From: Polyangiaceae bacterium
Lineage (GTDB): Bacteria > Myxococcota_A > Polyangia > Polyangiales > Polyangiaceae
Assembly: GCA_044376115.1 (NCBI GenBank)
Contig: JBILLK010000030.1
Coordinates: forward strand, 1 to 64,000
Length of the DNA: 64,000 nt
Reading direction: 5' to 3'
Shown piece after piece: positions 36,654-46,240 of the stretch; within the stretch, counting starts at the first letter, position 1, and every line of letters starts with the position of its first letter. A program made the position numbers and the translations under genes. Under the pieces are notes generated by a model. That model worked only from the letters and a program-made list of their open reading frames with translations. It was not told the origin of the DNA and did not search any database.

Positions 36654-37838
36654 ATGCAGCGGATTTTTCTTTTCGGTTCGGCGTTGCTCACCTCCTTGTG
36701 CGCCTCGGAGGCGATGGCTTTGCCGCCTTCCGCCGATCTGCGCGGGACTTTTGCGCCGCTGCACGCTGAAGGCGGCTTGGTGGTGGAGCCAGCCGATTCA
36801 CCGGAGACCGGAGACGTTACCGGGCATGCGCGGCTGAACTACGGCTATCGGCCGGTCGTGCTTTTGAGCGATGACGCGGTGAACTACGAGCTCATCAGTC
36901 ACCAGTTCACCGCCGATGTAGGTCTGAACGTCGGCCTGTTCGGCCGGCTCACGCTCGGCATGGATTTGCCGATTTTGGTCGGCCAAATTGGGGATGACTT
37001 CTCGCGTGTGGAGGAGGTGGTCGCGCTGGTCGGGATCGACAAAGTGCCGCTCGCTTCGCTCGGTGATCCGGGGTTGCGCGCCAAGGTGACGATCGTCAAG
37101 CCGCAGGCCGTCGGCAAGAGCTCCTTTCGCGGCTTTGGCCTGGCCGCCGATGCACGAGTCACGCTGCCGCTCGGGGATGAAGGCAGCTTCATCGCCGAGG
37201 GTGAAGTGACCGGCCAGGGCCGGCTGCTCGCTGAGTACGGCTTCGGCCCCGCGAGCGCGTACCTCAGCGCTGGCGCCAAACTTCGCGCCGAAGAAGCCTC
37301 CTTCGCGTGCAACGCGCCGCTCTCCAGCTGCCCCTCGCGCTTTGGTCACGAATTGCCTGTCTACGCCGCTGTTTCGCTCAACCCGAGCGAGCTCGGCATC
37401 GACCCGGAGGAACATTGGGGCTTGATGGTCGAGGCCTTCGGTCATCTGCCGCTCACGCCAGTTGCTCCCACCGATTCAACGCTGCCGTGGGCGCTCTCGG
37501 CCGGCGCCACCGCGCGTTACCGCAGCGGTGACATCGCCTTCGTGATGGGAGCCTATGCAGCTTTGCTCGACGGCATCGGCAGCGCGCCCTTCTCGGCGAC
37601 CTTGGGCATCGCCTTCGCCCCGCGTGAAGCTGACTCGGATGGAGACGGCCTTTCCGATGCGCAAGACGAGTGCGTCTCCTGGCCCGAAGACAAAGACGGC
37701 TTCGAGGACGGAGACGGCTGCCCCGAGATGGACAACGACGGTGACGGCGTCCCCGACGCGATGGATGATTGCCCCGCCGCTGCAGGAAAGCCCGGAGATC
37801 GCGGCTGCGCTGCGCCTGCAGCCCCTGCTGCGCAGTAG
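36654..37838 (+). CDS. outer-membrane beta-barrel with thrombospondin type 3 repeats (TraB/OmpA-family-like, no OmpA domain)
   Basis: Signal peptide, barrel strands (NYGYRP, LGMDLP, LGDP.L..K), DSDGDG..D..D.C and DKDGFEDGDGCPEMDNDGDGVPD. Confidence 0.8.
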   Translation: MQRIFLFGSALLTSLCASEAMALPPSADLRGTFAPLHAEGGLVVEPADSPETGDVTGHARLNYGYRPVVLLSDDAVNYELISHQFTADVGLNVGLFGRLTLGMDLPILVGQIGDDFSRVEEVVALVGIDKVPLASLGDPGLRAKVTIVKPQAVGKSSFRGFGLAADARVTLPLGDEGSFIAEGEVTGQGRLLAEYGFGPASAYLSAGAKLRAEEASFACNAPLSSCPSRFGHELPVYAAVSLNPSELGIDPEEHWGLMVEAFGHLPLTPVAPTDSTLPWALSAGATARYRSGDIAFVMGAYAALLDGIGSAPFSATLGIAFAPREADSDGDGLSDAQDECVSWPEDKDGFEDGDGCPEMDNDGDGVPDAMDDCPAAAGKPGDRGCAAPAAPAAQ

Positions 37839-37911
37839 CTGATCGGGCAGCCGCTCGATCGGCTGCGCATTCGGCCGTCCGACCCAGCGCGCCGCGTTGT
37901 AGCATCGGCCG

Positions 37912-40900
37912 TTGTCTGAAGCGCGACTCATCGCAGGACGCTTTTCGTTGTTGGCGCTCTCAGGGCAGGGCTCGGCCGGCTCGGTGTATCGCGCGCTCGA
38001 CACGCAGTCGGGCGGCTACGTAGCGCTCAAGCTGCTGCTGCGCGGTGGCGATGATCGCTCGCTTGCTCGCTTCGAGCGTGAGGCCCAGCTGCTCTCGCGC
38101 ATCCGCGCGCCGCACTTGGCGGGCTACATCGCGCACGGCGTCGATGACTCGGGCGAGAAGTTCTTGGCAGTGGATTGGGTGGAGGGGGAAGACCTGGCGC
38201 GGGTGATGCGCAGGCGACGGCTGGGCCTCGGTGAGGCGGTGGAGATCGCACTGCAGGCGCTGCAAGGACTGTCGGCGTTGCATGAGCGCGCGGTGGTTCA
38301 TCGCGATGTGAAGCCCAGCAACCTGATGCTCTCCAACACTGAGCTCGGGGGCAGCGAGGTGACCCTGATCGATCTGGGTGTGGCGCACATTCAAGGGGAC
38401 CTCAGCCTCACGCAAGAGGGCACGATGGTGGGCACGCCTCACTTCATGTCGCCTGAGCAAATCCTTGGAGAAGAGAATGTAACGCCCGCCGCCGACGTGT
38501 TCTCGATGGGCGTCTTGCTGTTCGAGATGTTGACCGGCGTGCGCGCTTACACAGGCCACGACGTGGTCGAGATCGTCGCCAAGATCGCCCTCTCCGACGC
38601 GCCGCGGATCGCCAGCGTGGCTCCGCAGCTCGCGCCCGCGCTGTGCCAGATCGTGGACCGTGCGCTCTGTCGCAACCCGCAGGATCGCTTCCGTGACGCG
38701 GCCGAGCTGCGCGACGCGTTGTTGGCGATCGCCGACGATCTCGGCGAGGTGGTCGAGTCGAAGGCGCGCTCCACGCGTCCGCCTGCCTCGTCGGTGGTGT
38801 TCGGCTCGCCGCTCAGCGAAGCCGATGAGACCGCCTTCAACCTGCGTTCGCCGCTTACCGGGAGTGAGGCCGATCTTTCGCTCGATCAGCCGCTGCTCGC
38901 GACGTCAGCGGAGAAGCGCGTGGTGACAGCGCTCTTCGCTCACTTGCCGGCGGAGGCTCAAGCCCATGCTTTGTTCGACGAGCTGGTGCGCCGTGAAGGC
39001 GGCCGGCCGCACCGCCTGCTCTCCTTCGCCCACGTCGGCGTGTTCGGCGCAGAGCGTTCGCTCGGCGACGAGGCTCCATGTGCGGCCCGCGCAGCGCTCG
39101 CGCTCGCAGCCCAAGTCGCTCCCATCCGCCTGGCGATCTCCACTGGCCGAGCGCTCACCGGCGAAGGCGAAATATCGGGCGACGCGATCGAAAGGGGCGC
39201 GCGCGTCTTGGAGCTGCGGCGCGACGGGGAGATCGGTCTCGACAGCGGCACCGCGCAGCTGCTGCACGACGGCTTCGATCTGCAGGGCTCGAGCGAAGAC
39301 CGCTGCCTTTGGCGGGAGCGCGCCGAAGGTCGTTCGCTGCGCGAGACGGCCTTCGTCGGGCGCAGCGCCGAGCTCGATCAGCTGCGGCGCGTGCTCGATG
39401 AAGCCTTTCTCAGCGCGAGTTCGAACGCGCTGCTCGTGCTCGGGCCGGGCGGGATCGGCAAGACGCGTTTGGCCCAAGAGGCGATGGCCGGCCTGCAAGC
39501 CGACCACCGGCGCGCAACCATCGTGCTCGCGAGGCCCTCGAGCATGGCGCGCTTCTCCTCCTTCGCGACCTTGTTCGGCGCGCTCACGCGGGTCGCGCCT
39601 GCGCTGCGGCAGGTGGTGATCGAAGAATGGCGGCCGCTCTACAGTGAGCTCACTCGGCTTTGCGGTAGCGGTCTCGACTACGTCAATGACTCGGTGCTCG
39701 CGCTCGATCGACTGCGCGATTTGTTCGAGGCGTGGGTCACGGCGCTCGCGCGCAAGGCGCCACTCTTGTTCGTGGTGGAGGACCTGCATTTCGCCGATGA
39801 GCCGTCGCTGCGCCTATTGTTCGGCGCTGCGCGCAACTGCAAAGACGTGCCCTTCGTGCTCGTGGGCATCGGTCGTGAAGAGCCGACGCTGCCCGCCGCT
39901 GCTTCGGTGCAGCGCATCGCGCTCGGCCCGCTGCCGATCGAGGAGGCTCGCCTGTTGGCCGAACTCGCGCTCCGCCGCGCCGCGCGGCCGCTCGATCGCA
40001 TCGTCGAACGTGCACTCGGTAACCCTTATGTGATCGGCGAATTGTGCCGCTTCTCGCTGACCGGGGCGGAGCTCGACACGCTGCCGGAGAGCGTGCTCGC
40101 GTTGCAACAGGCGCGGCTCGACGCGCTCGGCCCTGCCAACAAACGTTACGCCGCGTTGGCCAGCGTGTTCGGCCCTGTGTTCTGGACCGACGGTGTGCAG
40201 CGCATGGTGGGTGAGCAGCCAGCGGCTGCGCGCGCCGAGCAGCTGATCGCCGAAGGCGTCGTGATGCGCGTGGAGACGCGCGCCGAGGCGATGCCCAGGT
40301 CGCTCTCCGAGTCGGTGGAGCTCAGCTTCACGAGCGAGCTCTTGCGCGCCGCTGCGTATGAGAGTTTGGTGGACGCCGATCGCGTAGAGGCCCATCGGCG
40401 AGCGGCGATCTGGCTCGAATCGAAGAGCTTGGCCGAACCGCTCGTGCTGGGCCGTCACTTCGAACTGGCGCAGCTTCCGGCTCGCGCGCTCGCGCATTAT
40501 TGTCGCGCCTGCGAGCTCTCGCTCTTCGGCAACGACTTCGCGGCGGCGGTTCGCTGCGGCGAGCTGGCCTTTGCTTGCGGCGCCAGCGGTGAGGTGCGCG
40601 GCCGCCTCGAGCTGGTGTTGGCCGAGGCGTATCGTTGGCAGGGCCAACTCGAGGCCGCACGCGACGCCGCTTCGCGCGCGACCAGCCTCTTGCGGCAAGG
40701 CTCGCGCGAGTGGTTCTTCGCCGTGCGCGAGCGCATCGCGGCGCACGGTCGGCTCGGTGAAACCACGGCGCTCCCCGCGCTGATCGAGGCGCTGTTCGCT
40801 GCCTCGGTGGAGCCCGGCGCAGAGAGCGCGCAGGTCGCCGCGTTGGTGCCAGCGATCATTCACTTGCTCTACGCCGGTGAGCTGCGTGCGGCGCAGGAGC

Positions 40901-41757
40901 TGGCCGCGCGGCTCGATTCCGACGCCGTCGACCCCGATTCGCTGCTGCCGTTCGCCCGCGCCCGCATCTATCAGCTGCGCGCCGCCCTGCGTCAGCACGA
41001 GGGAGATCTGGCGGCCGCGGTGCGCAACCAGCAGCTGGCGCGCGCCGAATTCCGTGAAGCCAAGGATCAACGGGCCTTTGCCTTGGTCACCTCCAACCTG
41101 GCTTTCACGCTGATGGTGCTCGGTCAAAACGAGACCAGTGAACAGCTCTTGCGCGAGGCCGTGCGACTCGCGCGGCGTCTTTCGTTGGCGACGGTCGAGC
41201 CGCTCGCGTTGCAGAATCTCGGCGCGGTGCGCGCGCGTTTGGGCCACTGGAATGAGGCCATGGAGCTGCAAGGCGAAGCGCTGGCGGCGTTCGAAGCGCG
41301 CAAAGATCCGCGTCTCGCCGGCGTCTCGTCGGTGCACTTGGCGCTGGCTGCGCTCAAGTTGGGCCGGCTCGAAGAAGCGGAGGCCTTCGCCGATCGGGTG
41401 ATCGTCAGCGCCTTCGAGCCGCTGCGTTTTGCTGGCTATGGCGCCAAAGCCTTGCTGGCGCTCGAGCGTGGGGAAGGGGAGCGCGCGGTAGAGCTCGCCA
41501 GGACGGCCAATCAGCTGCTCGATGGGCTCGGGAGCGTGGAGGAGTTCGAGGTGATGGCGCGCTTGGCGTTGGCCGAGGCGTTGCAGCGCTCGGGGCAGGT
41601 GCAGGCGGCGCTCGCCTCGCTGGAGCCGAGTTACACGCGGATGGTCGCTTTGGCCCTAAAAATAGCCGATCCGCAGCTGCAACACGGGTTTCTGTGGAGC
41701 GTGCCGGAGCATGCTCGCGTACTGGAAATGTTCGGGGAGGTTAAGCCGGCTGTTTGA
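37912..41757 (+). CDS. Ser/Thr kinase - cyclase-like - STAND NTPase - TPR protein
   Basis: VALK, HRDVKPSN, DLG, GTPHFMSPEQ; EKRVVT.L, FGA...GDE; FVGRSAEL, GPGGIGKTRL, VEDLHFAD, GNPY; TPR tail (SNLA, QNLG). Confidence 0.93.
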   Translation: MSEARLIAGRFSLLALSGQGSAGSVYRALDTQSGGYVALKLLLRGGDDRSLARFEREAQLLSRIRAPHLAGYIAHGVDDSGEKFLAVDWVEGEDLARVMRRRRLGLGEAVEIALQALQGLSALHERAVVHRDVKPSNLMLSNTELGGSEVTLIDLGVAHIQGDLSLTQEGTMVGTPHFMSPEQILGEENVTPAADVFSMGVLLFEMLTGVRAYTGHDVVEIVAKIALSDAPRIASVAPQLAPALCQIVDRALCRNPQDRFRDAAELRDALLAIADDLGEVVESKARSTRPPASSVVFGSPLSEADETAFNLRSPLTGSEADLSLDQPLLATSAEKRVVTALFAHLPAEAQAHALFDELVRREGGRPHRLLSFAHVGVFGAERSLGDEAPCAARAALALAAQVAPIRLAISTGRALTGEGEISGDAIERGARVLELRRDGEIGLDSGTAQLLHDGFDLQGSSEDRCLWRERAEGRSLRETAFVGRSAELDQLRRVLDEAFLSASSNALLVLGPGGIGKTRLAQEAMAGLQADHRRATIVLARPSSMARFSSFATLFGALTRVAPALRQVVIEEWRPLYSELTRLCGSGLDYVNDSVLALDRLRDLFEAWVTALARKAPLLFVVEDLHFADEPSLRLLFGAARNCKDVPFVLVGIGREEPTLPAAASVQRIALGPLPIEEARLLAELALRRAARPLDRIVERALGNPYVIGELCRFSLTGAELDTLPESVLALQQARLDALGPANKRYAALASVFGPVFWTDGVQRMVGEQPAAARAEQLIAEGVVMRVETRAEAMPRSLSESVELSFTSELLRAAAYESLVDADRVEAHRRAAIWLESKSLAEPLVLGRHFELAQLPARALAHYCRACELSLFGNDFAAAVRCGELAFACGASGEVRGRLELVLAEAYRWQGQLEAARDAASRATSLLRQGSREWFFAVRERIAAHGRLGETTALPALIEALFAASVEPGAESAQVAALVPAIIHLLYAGELRAAQELAARLDSDAVDPDSLLPFARARIYQLRAALRQHEGDLAAAVRNQQLARAEFREAKDQRAFALVTSNLAFTLMVLGQNETSEQLLREAVRLARRLSLATVEPLALQNLGAVRARLGHWNEAMELQGEALAAFEARKDPRLAGVSSVHLALAALKLGRLEEAEAFADRVIVSAFEPLRFAGYGAKALLALERGEGERAVELARTANQLLDGLGSVEEFEVMARLALAEALQRSGQVQAALASLEPSYTRMVALALKIADPQLQHGFLWSVPEHARVLEMFGEVKPAV

Positions 41758-41775
41758 CGGGCCGTTCTTGGTCGC

Positions 41776-42669
41776 ATGCGTCGACTCCAGATGCGCCAGC
41801 AAACACCGCTCGGAGTCGCGGTGCATGCGGAGCCCGCTCTTTCCGGTGCCCTTCTGCGGGCCAACGTCGACAGGCTTTTTGGTTCGCCGCTGTACCGGCC
41901 TCCGATGTTGCCGACCGTCGCCTTGCGCGTGCTCGAGCAATCGCGCCGCTCCAACGCCTCCTACTCCGAGGTGGTGGCGCTGATCGAGAGTGACCCGCTG
42001 TTTTCGGCCTCGGTGCTCAAGATCGCCAGCTCGCCGATGTACGCCTCGAAGTCGGCGTTGCGCTCGATCGACCAAGCGCTCTTGCGTATGGGGCTAGCGC
42101 GCCTGGTGGACGTTTGTCTCGAGGTCGCGCTCACCGCCCGCGTCTTTCGCGCGCCCGGCTTCGAGCGGGTGATGGAGCGCGTGCGGCGTCATTCGGTGGC
42201 GGTTGGTCATGTCGCGCGTTTGGTGGCTGAACGCACTGGCGCCGTGGGCGATGACACCTTCACCTTGGGCCTGCTGCACGAGGTTGGCGTGGTGGCGGGG
42301 CTGATCACCTTGAGCACGCAAGCGCTGTGGCCCGAAGGCCTACCGAAAGGCGATCACGTCCCGCTGGTGCTCGACGAGCGCGGCAGCCTCACCGACAAAC
42401 TCGTACGAGCTTGGTGCTTGCCCGACTCGATCGCCCGCGGCCTCAGCGATTTGGGCCGCGGCAGCCCACCCACCGATGCTGGTCTTGCCTCGGTGATCGT
42501 CGCCAACCGCTTGGCCGAGCTGATCGGTTTTGCCGGTGCCAACGAGGCGGTGCACGCCGCTGAATCGGAAGCGGAACAACAAGCGCGCGAGCTCTTAGGT
42601 TTGCGCTTAATCGACCTCAGTGAGCTGGAGGGCGTATCCAAGCGGCTTTGCTCGAGGATGGTGTGTTAG
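41776..42669 (+). CDS. HDOD domain protein
   Basis: PPMLP.VA, DP...A.VLKIA.SP.Y, SIDQAL.R.G, HS.AV, GLLHEVG, W.LP. Confidence 0.9.
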   Translation: MRRLQMRQQTPLGVAVHAEPALSGALLRANVDRLFGSPLYRPPMLPTVALRVLEQSRRSNASYSEVVALIESDPLFSASVLKIASSPMYASKSALRSIDQALLRMGLARLVDVCLEVALTARVFRAPGFERVMERVRRHSVAVGHVARLVAERTGAVGDDTFTLGLLHEVGVVAGLITLSTQALWPEGLPKGDHVPLVLDERGSLTDKLVRAWCLPDSIARGLSDLGRGSPPTDAGLASVIVANRLAELIGFAGANEAVHAAESEAEQQARELLGLRLIDLSELEGVSKRLCSRMVC

Positions 42670-43490
42670 GCGACGCGCCGAGCAGCCTCGAGCTGCTGCC
42701 AGCGATGGACGCCTTCCTTCGCTCTCCGCAGCACCGTCAACCGCTCGCCGCTGGGCAAACCGATCTCGTCACGCGCAACGAGCTCTCGATCGAGACGCTG
42801 ACCGAGCTCTGCTCGAAGACTCCCAGCGTCGGCGAGCGCATCCTCAAGCTCGCTGCGTCTCCGGCCTACGGGTCGGTGGTCCCGATCCGATCGCTCGAAC
42901 AGGCGGTGCTTTGGCTCGGGATGCGGCCTGTCTCGGATCTCTACCTCGAGTCGGTCATGCACGAGTTCGTCTTTCAGGCGCCCGGCTACGAGGTGCTGAT
43001 CGGCCCGATTCGTTACCACTCGCTGGCGGTAGCGCACATCGCTCGGCAGCTCACGGTGCGGGCCAAGGTGAAGTGTGAGTCGGCCTTTGCGGCGGGTATT
43101 TTGCACGAGGCCGCGCTCGCCGTCGGAGTACAGGCGATAGCGCAAGTGCGCGGCCCAGCCGATGGCAGTGAAATCAAGTTGGCGCCCAAGTTGCTGGCCG
43201 CACGCTCCGACTTGAGCAACCGCCTAGCGCGCGCCTGGAAGCTGCCCCCCGACATCACCATTCCCATCTTGCAGCTGCAGCGCCGGGCCAGTCCCCGCGA
43301 TACACAATCGGCCGTGCTCTGTTTGGCCGATGCCGTAGCCACCAAGATCGGCCGCGGCTTGACCGCGCTGGGCGAGCCGGATCCAAAGTTTGAAGTGATC
43401 GGCCGGGCCGCCGAGGTGTTGGGCCTGCTGCCCAATCAGGTCGATGCCATCGCCTTCGAGGTCGACAAGATGCTGCTGGAGATGGGCTGA
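42648..43490 (+). CDS. HDOD domain protein (second, tandem paralog)
   Basis: ILKLAASPAY, SLEQAV..LG, HSLAVAH, AGILHE, WKLP. Start is uncertain. Confidence 0.85.
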   Translation: MLEDGVLGDAPSSLELLPAMDAFLRSPQHRQPLAAGQTDLVTRNELSIETLTELCSKTPSVGERILKLAASPAYGSVVPIRSLEQAVLWLGMRPVSDLYLESVMHEFVFQAPGYEVLIGPIRYHSLAVAHIARQLTVRAKVKCESAFAAGILHEAALAVGVQAIAQVRGPADGSEIKLAPKLLAARSDLSNRLARAWKLPPDITIPILQLQRRASPRDTQSAVLCLADAVATKIGRGLTALGEPDPKFEVIGRAAEVLGLLPNQVDAIAFEVDKMLLEMG

Positions 43491-43499
43491 CTGCTTGCG

Positions 43500-44126
43500 C
43501 TACGGAAACGGGATGCCGCCCACCACCGCTGCGGGAGTGCGGACCGCCACCGACAGGCCGATGCTGTAGTGCACGTCCTCTTGAATCACGCCCGCCTGGC
43601 CCTCGGCGAAGACGCCAATCCCCGTCTCGCCCACGCCACAGCCAACGCCGATGCCCTGGGCGCTGCCTTGTGCCTCACAGCCCTCCACCCAGGAGGCGAA
43701 CTCGATGCCCACGCGCGGCGAAAGGAACGGGCCCCACGCGTCCTGCTGTGCGTTGTAGAGCGTGCGCGCTTCAGCGCCCACCACCATGCGAACCACGTCT
43801 CCTTCCCATGGGTTGACCTGCATGATGGGATAGGCCTCTACCGTGGCCGTCGGCCCGACCAGCCAGGTGGCCCGCGTGACGTCGGGTTCGTCCCTCTCGC
43901 TGCGGCCGGCATACAGGCCGTACACCCCCACGCCAAACTCGGCCCTGCGCTTCGCCAACGCCTTGAACGCCGAGAAGGGCCTGACGCTGATGCTCCCTTC
44001 GCCGGTCAGCGCCACCTGCTCGCGCGCAAAGCCCGAGGCGGCAAGCCCGCCTGCCGTACGGGTGGGGGGCAGGCCGGCGCAGCCGCTCAAGGCCAGCCCG
44101 GCCGAAAGCCCCAGCCCGCCCAGCAA
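43500..44126 (-). CDS. hypothetical lipoprotein/outer-membrane protein
   Basis: Lipobox LSGC followed by beta-strand-like sequence. The frame is open further upstream to 44357, so the start is uncertain. Confidence 0.55.
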   Translation of the reverse strand: MLGGLGLSAGLALSGCAGLPPTRTAGGLAASGFAREQVALTGEGSISVRPFSAFKALAKRRAEFGVGVYGLYAGRSERDEPDVTRATWLVGPTATVEAYPIMQVNPWEGDVVRMVVGAEARTLYNAQQDAWGPFLSPRVGIEFASWVEGCEAQGSAQGIGVGCGVGETGIGVFAEGQAGVIQEDVHYSIGLSVAVRTPAAVVGGIPFP

Positions 44127-44228
44127 GCCCCGCGTGCGCAGCGTCAGCGTTTGTGCGCGAAAACCTCGCTGCCTCTTGCGCCCGCCATCGGCAGCATTAG
44201 CCTGTTCGGGTTGAGCACCGATAGACGC

Positions 44229-44792
44229 ATGCAAACGTGGCGAAACGGCGGATGGCTGCAAGAATCCTGGGCCAACCGCTCCAACCGGCGGCTGGCACAA
44301 GGCGCCGACCCCCGAGCCGAGCTTCGCAAGTGCCTCGTGCTCTCCCATGTACCTCATGAAGTTGAAGTGGCCTTACGCTCGCTTCAAGCCTTTCCTCCCG
44401 CGCGCAACAAGCCCGAGGTCCGCTGGGCCGGCGCCGCAGCGCAGCTGAACCCGAATCCCCCCGTTGCACGGCCCGTCCCGCCCGCTGCAAGGCCCTACAA
44501 CTCCCCCGACGCAGGCGCGCCAAAGGCAGCCGGCTCAAGCTTCTCCGCCTCCACTCCTCGCGCCGCCGCGCACGCCGCACCCAATCCCCGCGCCGCCGCG
44601 CCCGCCGCACCCGCAGCCTTCGACCCAAACACCCTCAAGGTCGCCGCCCTGCTCCTCGTCGCTCCCCCCGCCGGCGTCTTCCTCATGTGGTCCCTCCCCA
44701 GCTACCCCCGTGAAGGCAAAGTCGCAGCCTCCGTCGCCGGCCTCGTGTGGATGATGATCGTCGGCGTAGCGTTCGCTGCTTGGCTCGCCTGA
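44229..44792 (+). CDS. hypothetical membrane protein
   Basis: ATG at 44229, Pro/Ala linker, two C-terminal hydrophobic segments (LLLVAPPAGVFLMW; VAGLVWMMIVGVAFAAW). Confidence 0.6.
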   Translation: MQTWRNGGWLQESWANRSNRRLAQGADPRAELRKCLVLSHVPHEVEVALRSLQAFPPARNKPEVRWAGAAAQLNPNPPVARPVPPAARPYNSPDAGAPKAAGSSFSASTPRAAAHAAPNPRAAAPAAPAAFDPNTLKVAALLLVAPPAGVFLMWSLPSYPREGKVAASVAGLVWMMIVGVAFAAWLA

Positions 44793-44838
44793 GCGCATAG
44801 GCCGCTGGTGGGCAGGCCGGCCAGCGTGCGGTGGGCCG

Positions 44839-45024
44839 TGCGAAGTAAACCTGGAGGGTTGCGACAGCTTCCCAGGTTTAGTTCGCAAAACCAGCCCGTA
44901 ACTCGCGCGCCACCACCCTTGCCACCGCAAATCCAGCCAATATCCAAGTAGCACCCCGCACCTAGCCGCGTGGCATGCGAAGTAACCCCCATGAGCTAGC
45001 GCAGCTCCCCAGGGTTAGTTCGCA
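44839..45024. repeat. two related 49-bp imperfect palindromes (REP-like)
   Basis: 44839-44887 and 44976-45024, both TGCGAAGTAA...TTAGTTCGCA, separated by 88 bp. Confidence 0.85.
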
Positions 45025-45044
45025 ATGCGGCCCTGCGCTCGTCA

Positions 45045-45115
45045 GTGACACGGTCCAGGGTGACGCAGTCCAGGGTGACGCGGTCCAGGGTGACGCGGTC
45101 CAGGGAGGCGCGGTC
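45045..45115. repeat. 15-bp tandem repeat (GTGACGCGGTCCAGG) x4 plus a degenerate partial copy
   Basis: Units start at 45045, 45060, 45075 and 45090, with a partial unit at 45105. Confidence 0.93.
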
Positions 45116-45264
45116 TTGACGGGGGATCGGCCCTCGAATTCACCGTTTTGTTGAATTCGCAGCTCGATCCCCTACCGATCGAGCGCCTTTCTCAATAAAA
45201 CGTCCAATTGGACGGCCCATCCCGACGCAGCGTTCGGGGGCCGCAGCTATGCTGCTAAACGCAT

Positions 45265-45797
45265 ATGCCGCAAGCATGGTACCTTTATAGGCCGCAGTCC
45301 GATGCCTTCGACAGTGCGCTGCTGAAGGACCTCGATGGACTGGTGATGCGTGTTCATCGATTGCCCTTTGTTGGCCACTCGGTGCTCTCAAGATGGTCAC
45401 CCGTTGAGGTAACCATCTTGTCCGAAGGAACGGTCAGTGGAGACTTCCCTGCGCTTGCGGACTACTACCTTTTGCCACTCGTGAGTGAGCGAGCGTGGGG
45501 GGCGCTGTCCTCGCTGATAGCACCTTGGGTGGAAGCGCTACCAGTCAGGGCAGGTCGCGAGCAGCTCTATCTGCTCAACGTCCTCGATACCGTAGACTGT
45601 ATTGATCGCGCCCATGACGGATCAGTACGATCTTCCGCTATTCATTGCTCGACGAGTCGCTGAAAGGCCGAGACATTGTCAAGACGCCGCGGCAGAGTGG
45701 CGCTGAGCTGCTTATAAGTGAGCGCTTTCGCGGTGTGGTTGAGCGCGCTGGACTGCGCGGTCTCAGGTTCGAGCCACTCCCGACCTCGTCGCTCTGA
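45265..45797 (+). pseudogene. Imm11/DUF1629 immunity protein, frameshifted
   Basis: The N-part has GDFP, LVSERA...L, E.LPV, YLLNVLDTVDCID. The C-part continues in another frame after ~45618: ISTIFRYSLLDESLKGRDIVK...LLISERFRGVVERAGLRGLRFEP, stop at 45795-45797. Confidence 0.75.
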
Positions 45798-45867
45798 AAG
45801 CCGCGTGCTGCCTTGCTTATTCAGATGCCAGAGATGGAACCGCCTCTCACGAACTTCCAAGGACGAT

Positions 45868-46206
45868 ATGCTAGCCATCAGCGTGACTTTGGACGGAACG
45901 GAGATACCCCCGGCCTGGGTCTCAACGATGTTCCAAGTTGACCCCTTCCCAGGCGGCCACCGCTACGCTCTCTCGTTGAATGCGCCTAAGGCGCTCATCG
46001 ACGTTCTTGGGCCCAACCTAGACTTGGTGAACCCATCCATTGAACTAGCCGCTCAGGTGCTGCAGCGAATGACTCGGCTGCTCCGACAAGGCGCAACTTT
46101 TCCGCCGAGGTATCTGTTGAACTCGATAGAGCGATTGACCGTTAGCGAGTCAAAACACGTACGCTTGCACGGAGTCTGCTCGCCGTGGCTTCCCATCCGT
46201 CCGTGA
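45868..46206 (+). CDS. hypothetical protein
   Basis: AAGGA RBS before ATG 45868; 112 aa; within the lower-GC islet. Confidence 0.55.
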   Translation: MLAISVTLDGTEIPPAWVSTMFQVDPFPGGHRYALSLNAPKALIDVLGPNLDLVNPSIELAAQVLQRMTRLLRQGATFPPRYLLNSIERLTVSESKHVRLHGVCSPWLPIRP

Positions 46207-46240
46207 GCAAGCGATGGTTGGGCCGACCTTTGCGGAACCC

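Noticed and set aside
44839..45115. possible CRISPR array or integron attC sites
   Set aside because: Only two divergent 49-bp units with an 88-bp spacer, and the 15-bp units have no spacers. No cas or intI gene is present, and the ends do not fit RYYYAAC/GTTRRRY.
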